Of a stretch of 31,595 bases of DNA, positions 1-9,127 are shown piece by piece (position 1 is the stretch's first letter; every line of letters begins with the position of its first letter). Below the pieces are notes generated by a model, which saw nothing but the letters and a program-made list of their open reading frames with translations, was not told the DNA's origin and searched no databases. Origin of the DNA: an uncultured archaeon (GTDB lineage Archaea; Asgardarchaeota; Lokiarchaeia; Sigyniarchaeales; SOKP01); the NCBI GenBank assembly GCA_964493715.1, contig CAZBPC010000034.1, positions 1-31,595 of the forward strand, given 5' to 3'. Made by a program: the position numbers and the translations under genes.

Positions 1-104
1 GCGTGTGGCAAACGAAAGAGGAGCTCGAGATTCAGGCTCAGAGTGTTGAGATTGAAATTTTAAAAGCGATAAGATTACAAAAACAAAGGGAATTTAGACT
101 TTAG
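1..104 (+). CDS. 3' end of a gene entering from the left edge (...VWQTKEELEIQAQSVEIEILKAIRLQKQREFRL*), function unknown
   Basis: Open frame from position 3 to TAG at 102-104, protein-like helical composition, higher GC than the following intergenic DNA. Confidence 0.5.
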   Translation, partial: VWQTKEELEIQAQSVEIEILKAIRLQKQREFRL

Positions 105-288
105 GGGAGTGCGTTCTTGTAGTATTTTCTAATTTTTAACACAGTTTTAATAAAAATTAAATAGCGACTTAGATAATTTTTTTGTTTTGGTTTAAATACA
201 TCCTATTTAATTATATATTGCGATGATAGTGGAGAAGTACTTAAATAAATTTAGCTATAAATATGTTTTATTTAAATAGGTGGAATGT

Positions 289-396
289 ATGAAAAAAATA
301 GTCGCAATATTAACAATTTTAGGAATTCTTGCATTTGGAATCTCAATGCTTTCTGGAGCACATGCATATATGTTTCCAGGAGGCGGCGTCCCATAA
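289..396 (+). CDS. 35-aa small secreted peptide precursor MKKIVAILTILGILAFGISMLSGAHA-YMFPGGGVP (not in ORF track)
   Basis: ATG at 289, TAA at 394-396; AGGTGG Shine-Dalgarno-like motif at 278-283; basic n-region, hydrophobic h-region and A-H-A signal peptidase motif; T-rich tract at about 456-475. Confidence 0.7.
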   Translation: MKKIVAILTILGILAFGISMLSGAHAYMFPGGGVP

Positions 397-904
397 AAGG
401 GATTGTGTTTCTGAAGAACAAAAAAATGTCCAAGCAGAAGTGCAAGAAATCTATTTCCTTTTTTCTTTTTCTTATTTAACTTTCTTATTTAATTAAACAA
501 TAAATAGGAATGTGAAACGATTATGAAACGGCGGAGCAATTGGATATTTGATGGTATTTTAAATCCTACCAAATTTAAAGTGGGTTCTTTATAAGGTGAA
601 AGAAAGCTTTTTCTTTCTTTGAACGGAAAACTACAGAACTAGAAAATAAGAAAAAAGTAAATAAGAATATAATAATTAATTAAAAGAATTATTTAATTTG
701 CAAAAATATACTGCAGCTTGCTTGTTTCTTGATTATGTTCCATTTTGACAAATAATTTCAATATCTTATTCTCTCTAAGGTCTAAATTTAATGACTGAAG
801 AAAATCGGGATGTCGGAAATTCCCATCAGTTTCTTTTAAATTTGTAGTAGCTGTCATTATAGATTTCATTATAATTAAAGTTCATTAATATATAATTTCA
901 ATTA

Positions 905-1615
905 TTAATCTATTGATACTTGACTCTTTAATGTGATATTTCCGATTTTCCAAGCCCCAAAACCTTGAATCATAAAACAACACAAGAAAGAATATTGTGA
1001 TATTTTTTGCATTGTAGCTTGAAAAATAAGCGTTTCTGCAGATATCGATTTGGGGATTGTCATTAAAATAATTGAATATAAAATCCCGAATATTAAAAGA
1101 ATAATATATACAACTGCGTAGATGTTAGGATAATTATTATTATATAAAATTGCTATGGCGTATAATAGTAATACCAGACTTCCCATAATGTTAAAAATAT
1201 TTGAGAATAGCAAATGGAATTCGCCAAAAACATCCCAAGGTGTGAGAATTGTTCCTATAAGGGAACATATTGATATCAAACCCACTCCAGTAGCAATTAT
1301 AATAATGTTGAATTGTTTCTTCTCCCCTCTAAAAAAGTCTGGTAAAGCGAATGTGAATGGTATGAAAGATATAGAAAAGATCATAGCTGATATTGTAAAA
1401 ATCATAAAAGCCATAGTATTAGGTTGTCCTGAAAGAGCAATAATACGTCCTAAATCACTAAATAAATTTCCCCAGAAATCATATCCTGTACTTAAAGGAT
1501 CAACTAAGGTCCCTCCAGCGTAAAAAACCATCGCAATTAATGTAAAGATGATATATTGTATAATTCCAAAAATAATAAAAAGGAAAGACTTTTGTCTCCA
1601 ATTCTTTATATGCAT
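905..1615 (-). CDS. Multi-pass membrane protein, DUF998-like
   Basis: About 6 hydrophobic segments; Y-x-F-x-x-N-x-x-SDLG motif after TM1 resembles DUF998. Confidence 0.65.
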   Translation of the reverse strand: MHIKNWRQKSFLFIIFGIIQYIIFTLIAMVFYAGGTLVDPLSTGYDFWGNLFSDLGRIIALSGQPNTMAFMIFTISAMIFSISFIPFTFALPDFFRGEKKQFNIIIIATGVGLISICSLIGTILTPWDVFGEFHLLFSNIFNIMGSLVLLLYAIAILYNNNYPNIYAVVYIILLIFGILYSIILMTIPKSISAETLIFQATMQKISQYSFLCCFMIQGFGAWKIGNITLKSQVSID

Positions 1616-1636
1616 TATATTAATCTCCTTTCAAAT

Positions 1637-2464
1637 TTAAATAGCATATTTGGGTTTTCTAACGAATCCAATAAACATCAAAAAATTAACTAATATGTCA
1701 ACACCTTCAATTATGAATAAGATTGAAGGAGTATCCAGTGCATAAACTGACATGATAGATCTGAAGATATTACTAATAACAAAAGCAAAAAAGGCTATCC
1801 CAATTATTAATCCATTCGCTTGAGAAAGATGTTTATTCTTATACATGAATAAGAACATGATTGCGAGAGCGATATAAATTAAAATGGTGAAGAAAGGAAG
1901 AATTGTAATAAGATATGAAATACTATTAGCCAATAATATAATTATGGAGAAAACAACTGCAAAAATGAAAAGAATCCATGATCTTATCTTATTAAAACGA
2001 GGTTTGCTCATTTCCTTTATGTAAGCGCTTGTAAGAGTCATAATAGCTTGAAGTCCAATATAAAGTACTGGGAAAAGGTTAAAGAGGATCAAGAAAAATC
2101 TAATTTTAAGAAATACTAATAAAAAAGCATTATTGTAAAGTTCGCTTACTAAAAGTAAGTTATAATGCAAATCAAATATTTTACCATATGTTAAAATCAT
2201 AAAAAACAACGCAAATAAAAAATAAGCGTCTGAAGTGTAGATTGCTTCTTGTTTAAACCATTTGATGAATAATAATGAGCTCATTATTCCCAATACAACG
2301 ATTCTAATTAAACTAGCAATGACCGACAGAATTGTATTAGGTAATTGTGTTAATGAATAACTTATTGTTGACCAGAAGATCACATATAATAACATAAAAA
2401 TTATTCCAATAATAATTACGCTCCCAATTAGATACCATTTATATTTAATCTTTTTAGCATCCAT
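1637..2464 (-). CDS. Uncharacterised integral membrane protein, about 8 TM helices
   Basis: 275-aa ORF with eight hydrophobic stretches and short loops; 21 nt from the downstream co-oriented membrane gene, so probably an operon. Confidence 0.8.
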   Translation of the reverse strand: MDAKKIKYKWYLIGSVIIIGIIFMLLYVIFWSTISYSLTQLPNTILSVIASLIRIVVLGIMSSLLFIKWFKQEAIYTSDAYFLFALFFMILTYGKIFDLHYNLLLVSELYNNAFLLVFLKIRFFLILFNLFPVLYIGLQAIMTLTSAYIKEMSKPRFNKIRSWILFIFAVVFSIIILLANSISYLITILPFFTILIYIALAIMFLFMYKNKHLSQANGLIIGIAFFAFVISNIFRSIMSVYALDTPSILFIIEGVDILVNFLMFIGFVRKPKYAI

Positions 2465-2984
2465 TTTTTTTAACTCCTTTAATTTTTAGATAATTTAATT
2501 AAAAAAATGATTTTATCACGATCTTATTATAAATCTTCTATAAAAAATCCTTGAAAAAAATGGTGATTAAAAAGTCCTCTCTTTTCATTTCACAAATGCA
2601 TTTAAAAACGGGTAAACTAAAAATTGGACTCTTAAAAAATAATATACATTCATATAATTTAATTCTATAATACTTAAAATTTAAAATACTAACTGAAGTA
2701 AAATGAAAAACATCATAATCACTATATCCCGAGAAGAATGGGAACACATGCTAGAATTTAAAAAATCTCCGATTAAAAAAAGATATAGAGAATACCAAGA
2801 ATTATTTTTTGATGAAAAAGGGGATTTGAAAAAATAGATATATTAATAAAAAAAATCTTTTTCATAGTTTTAATGACTAAATATCTTATTTTATGGTTTT
2901 AAAAAATGATAATTTAAAAAATATGAAATTTTATTTTAGAATTTAAGAATAAAAATATTGTATTCGAATATTTGATGATACTCA

Positions 2985-4358
2985 ATGGTTTACTTCATAA
3001 TAAATGGATTAGGGTTTAATTGCCGAAACGACAAAAAAACGTGCACAAATAAGGATATTTCCTGTCGAGTATGTGTTATTGATAAATTTAAGGAAATGGG
3101 ATTTGAAATGACTTCCAATTTAAAAATATTAAGAATCATTTCTGATGATAAACGTCAAGAAATAGAAAGAGAATCTATCTGGCAAAAATTTCTAGATGTA
3201 CTCAATATTAGACATATTATAATTATGGATATTGAATCTGGATTATTATTATTGAATTATCCCGTAACTAGTGGAGAAATTGATGCTACTTTACTAAGTG
3301 GATTTATTCAAGCAAATATAACCTTCTCAGAATCAAGTGAAGTATCCGGTAATATTAATGGATCTATAATAGAACACAATTTCAATGAATTTCAATATAA
3401 GGATTTCAATATTTTACTAAAAAATGGAAAATTCGTAAGAATTTGTTTAATTCTCGAACATAAAGCCTCTCTACATATGAGAACAAGTGTAGATCAGTTT
3501 TTAGATATCTTTGAAAATAAATTTAAGGATAATTTTATAACACTACGAGAAACGGGTCTTTTTAATGATGAAGGAATGACTGATTTTGTTATTGATTCAT
3601 TTAACATCGATTTAGTATTCCCGATGACATTAACCTATGCGATCCCTCCTGAATTATTAGAACAAATTAATGAAAACTGGATACAAAAAGCAATATACGA
3701 ATTAGCGATGGAGGCACTAAGTGATAAACCTTTCTTTTATATTAACACTCTTTTAAATAAAGTTAAGAAAATCGTCCATATTCAACTAAACATAGTTTTA
3801 TATGAAATATATCATTTATATGAAAAGAAAATCATTGTAACAATGCCATTAGAAACTATATTAAGCGATTTAGAAAATAAACGAGATACCACCCAGAAAC
3901 GAGAGATTAAAATGCAACCAATATCTTCAATGGTTATTAATGACGAAGATTTAGTTGATTTACAAAATAAAATTCAAAATGTGGACGAATTTAAAGGAAG
4001 GGAGATTATTAAAGAAATACTAAAGAAAGGTAAATCGGCTGAAAATTCATTAGCTTATCAAAGTGCTGAAAAAGAATATAAAAAAGCAGTCATTCTATCA
4101 AGAGAATTCAAATTTAAAGAGGAAGAAAAAAGAGCTTCCCACCTTCTATATAATTCCGAGAAGAAGGTAAAATCAATAGAACTTGAATTTTATATAGAAA
4201 CGGGAGAGAAGTCGGAAAAAAATAAGGATTGTATTAAGGCTATTCACAATTACCAAAATGCCATTAAAATTATGGAAGAAACCTTGATTTATAATGTTAC
4301 TGATCCTCGAATCAAAAAATTAAAGCGAAAGATCTTCAAATTGAGAGAAGAAATCTAA
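2985..4358 (+). CDS. Longin/roadblock-like domain protein with N-terminal Cys cluster and C-terminal helical (TPR/MIT-like) region
   Basis: IIIMDIESGLLLL...DATLLSGFIQA...EFQYKDFNILLKNGKFVRICLIL pattern typical of Asgard longin-like domains; C-terminal A-x-x-x-Y-x-x-A helices. Confidence 0.7.
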   Translation: MVYFIINGLGFNCRNDKKTCTNKDISCRVCVIDKFKEMGFEMTSNLKILRIISDDKRQEIERESIWQKFLDVLNIRHIIIMDIESGLLLLNYPVTSGEIDATLLSGFIQANITFSESSEVSGNINGSIIEHNFNEFQYKDFNILLKNGKFVRICLILEHKASLHMRTSVDQFLDIFENKFKDNFITLRETGLFNDEGMTDFVIDSFNIDLVFPMTLTYAIPPELLEQINENWIQKAIYELAMEALSDKPFFYINTLLNKVKKIVHIQLNIVLYEIYHLYEKKIIVTMPLETILSDLENKRDTTQKREIKMQPISSMVINDEDLVDLQNKIQNVDEFKGREIIKEILKKGKSAENSLAYQSAEKEYKKAVILSREFKFKEEEKRASHLLYNSEKKVKSIELEFYIETGEKSEKNKDCIKAIHNYQNAIKIMEETLIYNVTDPRIKKLKRKIFKLREEI

Positions 4359-4434
4359 AACTCAAATTCTCCTTTTTTATAAAAGAATGCCAATATGAAT
4401 ATTTTTAAAAGTAATATCTATTTAATTGATAATT

Positions 4435-4869
4435 ATGCCCAAGTTAGAAAAAAGTATTGAAATTAATGTATCTTTACAAAAGGTATATGAAGTTCTGAAT
4501 GATTATTTAAATCTTCCAGTGTGGAATATTGTGGTGACTGAATGTAAACAAATTGGAGCCAATAAATATTTCTTAAAAACTAATGTAGGAGATGTTATCA
4601 ACACTGAAATTGAAAATGTCCCTGGAGAAAGAATGACGTCAACACAAGAAGGAAGTCCAATGCAAAAAATAGGATATATCTTCTCTTCCAAAGGAGATAG
4701 TGTAGTTGTGACACTCTGGACTGAATTTGAGTTAGAAGATCAACGATTTGTTCTTGATATGGCAGGAGATTTGTTTTTGAAAAGCCTTAAAGTTTACATA
4801 AATTTTTTAAGCTCTGGTGGAAACCCAAAAGATTACAAGAAGTCTTTTAGCAAGATTAAAAAAGCTTAA
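4435..4869 (+). CDS. SRPBCC (START-like/polyketide cyclase) family protein
   Basis: LEKSIEINVSLQKVYEVLNDYLNLPVW N-terminal signature; ATG at 4435 preferred over TTG at 4426. Confidence 0.8.
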   Translation: MPKLEKSIEINVSLQKVYEVLNDYLNLPVWNIVVTECKQIGANKYFLKTNVGDVINTEIENVPGERMTSTQEGSPMQKIGYIFSSKGDSVVVTLWTEFELEDQRFVLDMAGDLFLKSLKVYINFLSSGGNPKDYKKSFSKIKKA

Positions 4870-5093
4870 AATGGTTAATCTTACAAATTTTCTTATTTTT
4901 TTTGCTCACCCATAGTCTATGTGAAGCAGAATTTTAATTATCCTGAATTAACTAATGATTATTATTATTCTATAACTAAAGAACATTTAAATTTCTATTA
5001 GTATTAAGAATGATAAATTTTTATTTTGTTCGTATATTACAAAAATCATACTTAATTATGAGATTTTAAATCATAAATTAGATAAAATTAGAT

Positions 5094-5630
5094 ATGAATG
5101 AATCACCTCAAATAAGAACGAATGTAAAAGTAATTGTGACTGGAGGAGGAGGAGTTGGGAAAACCTCTTTCCTTAATCGCCTAGTATATGATAATTTCGA
5201 TATTAACAGCGAACTAACAAGAGGTATCGATTTCTTTTCCAAAAACATAAAAGTTAATGGAAGCGATATTAATTTCGTGATGTGGGATTTTGCAGGTCAG
5301 AGACAATTTAGGAGATTACTTGAGGATTTTGTGGATGGTTCTATAGCCGTTTTTATCTTATTTGATTTGACACGCATCTCAAGCCTTGAGAATGTTGAAG
5401 AATGGTTAGAAAGACTAAAAGAATTTAAAAACATGCCAATATTAATCTTAGGAACAAAATATGACCTTGTAGATAATAGTACGATTATGACTTTTGACGA
5501 ATATTTTAAAAATATTATAGAAAGAAGTATCATAAATATCGATTACCTAAAAATATCATCAAAAACAGGGTATAATGTTAAAGAAGCTTTTGATATTTTG
5601 ATAAGTAGGCTCTCTTATATGCAGAAATAA
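5094..5630 (+). CDS. Stand-alone small GTPase (Rab/Roc-like)
   Basis: G1 GGGGVGKT, G2 TRG, G3 WDFAGQ, G4 TKYD, G5 SSK. Confidence 0.92.
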   Translation: MNESPQIRTNVKVIVTGGGGVGKTSFLNRLVYDNFDINSELTRGIDFFSKNIKVNGSDINFVMWDFAGQRQFRRLLEDFVDGSIAVFILFDLTRISSLENVEEWLERLKEFKNMPILILGTKYDLVDNSTIMTFDEYFKNIIERSIINIDYLKISSKTGYNVKEAFDILISRLSYMQK

Positions 5631-5707
5631 GCTTAATGGTGATTAATTTAGAGTTGTTTAAAAGGATCTAACATTGCATTCTTTATGATTACTGCTTGGT
5701 TGAAAAT

Positions 5708-6742
5708 CTATACTTTTACAATCCAACCAAATTCATCCTCAATATCCAAACGTTGCATCCCTGTTAATAATTCATAGAGTTTACGAGTTGTTTCTCCTGG
5801 CTCCCCATCGCTGAATATTCTCTTTTTATCTTCTAATACAACAGATTTAATTGGAGTAATGACAGCTGCGGTTCCAGCACAAAAAGTTTCGGTACAAGAC
5901 TCTTCAAAAATTTCTTTATATGAGATGTCTCTCTCTTCTATTGGCATTCCTAATTTCTTATCACCTAATTCTAATATCGATTTTCTAGTGATTCCAGGTA
6001 AAATAGTCCCTGAGGTTTTAGGTGTGACTAATGCACCATCAATCACTGTAAAAAAGTTCGCCGTTCCAACTTCTTCAATATATTCTCTGTTTATGGCATC
6101 CAAAAATATAACCTGTGAAAAACCCCTAGATTTAGTTTCTTTAACGGGTAACATTGATCCTGCATAGTTAGAACAAGTTTTTGCAGCACCTGTTCCACCT
6201 GGAGCAGCTCTAGTGTAAATTGTGGATATTTCTAAATCTATGCCTCTGAAACCTTCGGGGAAGTAGGGTCCAACAGGAACAGTGAAGATGATAAGTTTAT
6301 ATTCTAATGCAGGTTTAACACCCAATATAGGACCATTCCCAATCATCAAGGGTCGAATATAAAGGGCTCCTCCGCTATCATAAGGTGGTATGAAATCCTC
6401 ATTCGCTTTTACAACTTGTTTGATGGCTTTAATAAATAACTCAATTTCATAATTGGGCATTAACATTCTATTCGCACTTTTATTTAATCGCTTTGCATTT
6501 TCTTCTGGACGAAAAAGCGTGATATCTCCATCTTTTGTCCTGAGAGCTTTCATTCCTTCAAAAATACCTTGACCGTAGTTTAAAACACATGCTGCTGGGG
6601 AGATCTCGATGTTAGCAAATGGGACTAAATGTCCTTCACTCCATTTACCATCTTTATAGTCTGCAACATACATCGTTTTGGTTTCTATGAAGTTGAAACC
6701 AAGTGAGTAAAAATCAATTTCTTTTGGATCCATTTTATTCAA
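5708..6742 (-). CDS. ilvE: Branched-chain amino acid aminotransferase (PLP class IV)
   Basis: LNYGQGIFEGMKA, LYIRP, AK-x-x-x-NY, EEVGTANFF, ILPGITRKS and GTAAVITPI motifs. Confidence 0.95.
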   Translation of the reverse strand: MNKMDPKEIDFYSLGFNFIETKTMYVADYKDGKWSEGHLVPFANIEISPAACVLNYGQGIFEGMKALRTKDGDITLFRPEENAKRLNKSANRMLMPNYEIELFIKAIKQVVKANEDFIPPYDSGGALYIRPLMIGNGPILGVKPALEYKLIIFTVPVGPYFPEGFRGIDLEISTIYTRAAPGGTGAAKTCSNYAGSMLPVKETKSRGFSQVIFLDAINREYIEEVGTANFFTVIDGALVTPKTSGTILPGITRKSILELGDKKLGMPIEERDISYKEIFEESCTETFCAGTAAVITPIKSVVLEDKKRIFSDGEPGETTRKLYELLTGMQRLDIEDEFGWIVKV

Positions 6743-6933
6743 ATCCTAACTTTCCTTCAGAAATATTTAAGGATTTGTTTCTTAAAAAATTTTTTTGAAT
6801 TCTCTAAAAATTTGAATAAAACAAATTAGATATTGAAAACCACTGAAAATAAATAAGAATAAATATCTAAAATTAGATTTATAATTTAAAATTTTAAAGA
6901 TTGATTACTACAAATTAAATCTTGTGCTTGAAG

Positions 6934-7878
6934 ATGTCAGAAAGAAAACAAAAATTTAAAGACTATAAATTAGTTATCGCAGGTTTAGACAATGCCGGAA
7001 AAAGTAGCGCACTAATCGCTTTGCGTCAAAAATATAATTTTTATGAAAGAGTTAAAAATTTAAAACCCACAATAAAAATAGATTATAGTTCTTTTAAATT
7101 CCTCGAAACATATAGAATTAACATCTGGGATATGGGGGGGCAAGCCAAATTCAGAAAAATTTATGTTAGTAATCCTATTTATTTTTCAGAGACTGATTCT
7201 CTATACTTTCTCATTGATATACAAGATGAGTTTAAGTTTGATGAAGCCATGCAATATTTGCATGATGTTTTAGATATCTATCGAGGACTGGACTATATGA
7301 ATGACGTAGTAGTATGTTTTAATAAGCACGATCCGAGATTTAAAAATGATGCTGATTTTCAAGATCGTTCCATTATGTTAGAAAATTTAATCACATCTCA
7401 AAATCAAGATATGAAATTTAAATTCTTTCATACTTCATACTATGATATTTCTTCAATATCAAAAGCAATTTCCTATTCTCTAAACAAATTGCTTAGTTTG
7501 GAACAAATTAGTAAGAAATTAAAATTTATTGTTGACAAATTTGGATGCAATCACGCAATATTATATACAGATTCAGGAATAGTAATTGCAGATCATTATA
7601 AAGAAACTATGGATACAAGAGCATTTGAAGAGATAATTAGTACTAAAATCAATGATGATCTAGAATTTTTTCAGAGACTTAAAGACGATAATGTCAATAT
7701 TGATGATAGAGTATCAATTACAGAAGAAAAAACGGAATATGTGAAAATGTTCTCAGTATCATCAACAGAGGGAGGAAATATTTTTTATGTAGAAGTAAGT
7801 ATGCCAGCAAATATGATAAATGAGATAAAAATTGAACTAGAAAAATTTCAAAAGATTTTGGAAACAACCTTTACTTGA
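6934..7878 (+). CDS. Arf/Rag-like small GTPase with C-terminal roadblock-like domain
   Basis: G1 GLDNAGKS, G3 WDMGGQ, G4 NKHD, Rag-like G5 TSYYD; C-terminal HAILYTDSGIVIAD roadblock-type hairpin. ATG at 6934 preferred over TTG at 6922. Confidence 0.85.
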   Translation: MSERKQKFKDYKLVIAGLDNAGKSSALIALRQKYNFYERVKNLKPTIKIDYSSFKFLETYRINIWDMGGQAKFRKIYVSNPIYFSETDSLYFLIDIQDEFKFDEAMQYLHDVLDIYRGLDYMNDVVVCFNKHDPRFKNDADFQDRSIMLENLITSQNQDMKFKFFHTSYYDISSISKAISYSLNKLLSLEQISKKLKFIVDKFGCNHAILYTDSGIVIADHYKETMDTRAFEEIISTKINDDLEFFQRLKDDNVNIDDRVSITEEKTEYVKMFSVSSTEGGNIFYVEVSMPANMINEIKIELEKFQKILETTFT

Positions 7879-7984
7879 AAAAATTCCTTTATCATTCAAA
7901 ACAAAAATTTGAATTACTAATTTTTTAGTTAAAAATATAAACTAATGTTCATATCACTTTTCAAAATTAAATTGTAGTGAACTC

Positions 7985-8884
7985 ATGTCCTTAAGAAAAG
8001 TTACTATAAAGAGTATAATAGAAAAACATCACAATGGAGAAAAAATACTAACCATCACTGCTTATGATTACGCTCTAGCTAAAATTGTTGATGCTTGTGG
8101 TTTAGATTTAATTCTTGTAGGAGATTCATTAGCTATGGTTATGTTGGGATATCCCAATACGCTATCGGTCTCAATGGATGAAATGATCCATCATACTAAG
8201 GCCGTGAGTAGAGCTGTTTCAAATGCTTTAATCGTTGGAGATATGCCGTTTTTATCTTATAAAATTAATAAAAAAGAGGCTATAAGAAATGCCGGTCGGT
8301 TCATCCAAGAAGGAGGTGCAGAAGCTGTAAAAGTTGAAGGAGGAACTGACATATGTAAAACTATTAAAGCAATTTTAGATGCTGATATTGAAGTAATGGG
8401 TCATATTGGTCTTACTCCCCAAAAAATTTATAGATTTGGAGGTTTTATGGTGCAAGGAAAAACATTTGAAACTGCAAAACGCTTAATATTAGATGCTAAA
8501 AATCTTCAAGAGGCTGGCGTTTTTTCAATAGTATTAGAAAGTATCCCTTGGCAAATCGCAGAACTTATAACTAAAGAAATTGATATTCCAACAATCGGGA
8601 TAGGTGCAGGACCTTATTGTGATGGACAAATTCTCGTTTTACATGATATGCTAGGCATCTTTACAGATTTCAAACCAAAATTTCTGAAATATTTTGGAAA
8701 TGTGAGAGAATCTATAACTGAAGCATTAAATCTATATAAAAATGAAGTGTTAAAAGATGTTTATCCAAATAAAGAATATTCATATGAATATGTTGGAGAT
8801 CAATTAGAGGATCTAAAAGAGTGGGTTGAAAATAATGATCTTAACAAAGAAGCATCTGAATTATCTAAAACTATGGAAAAATAA
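7985..8884 (+). CDS. panB: 3-methyl-2-oxobutanoate hydroxymethyltransferase
   Basis: TAYDY, ILVGDSLAMV, DMPFLSY, AVKVEGG, GHIGLTPQ and IGIGAGP..DGQILV motifs. Confidence 0.97.
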   Translation: MSLRKVTIKSIIEKHHNGEKILTITAYDYALAKIVDACGLDLILVGDSLAMVMLGYPNTLSVSMDEMIHHTKAVSRAVSNALIVGDMPFLSYKINKKEAIRNAGRFIQEGGAEAVKVEGGTDICKTIKAILDADIEVMGHIGLTPQKIYRFGGFMVQGKTFETAKRLILDAKNLQEAGVFSIVLESIPWQIAELITKEIDIPTIGIGAGPYCDGQILVLHDMLGIFTDFKPKFLKYFGNVRESITEALNLYKNEVLKDVYPNKEYSYEYVGDQLEDLKEWVENNDLNKEASELSKTMEK

Positions 8885-9127
8885 ATCAAAAAAACATCAT
8901 TAATTTTTATTCCAGCATTAAAATTAAAAAAAAACCCCCCCTCATATTTTTTTTTGATAGAAATAGATTCGAAGGAAAAATGTTCTTATATTCGGTATAA
9001 ACGTAAATTAGTAAAATAAATAAAAATATAATAAATTAAACTTATATTAATAATAATAATTACTTCAATCTAGTAATTATATATCAATTAATTATAATAA
9101 TTCTCATAAGAAAATGGTCGAATCGCC

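Noticed and set aside
285-479. 64-aa ORF from the track
   Set aside because: No protein-like features, runs into a T-rich tract, and its ATG is only 1 nt from the SD motif; the overlapping 289-396 frame fits far better.
523-594. 23-aa ORF MKRRSNWIFDGILNPTKFKVGSL
   Set aside because: Too short, with no signal peptide or motif; cannot be supported.
794-830. Imperfect hairpin ACTGA..GGGA..TCCC.TCAGT
   Set aside because: Short interrupted stems with no recognisable RNA family or C/D boxes.
2538-2747. 69-aa Phe-rich ORF
   Set aside because: Composition reflects AT-rich divergent promoter DNA; no motif.
8921-8960. A, C and T homopolymer runs after panB
   Set aside because: Intergenic and probably part of a terminator; no evidence of phase variation.
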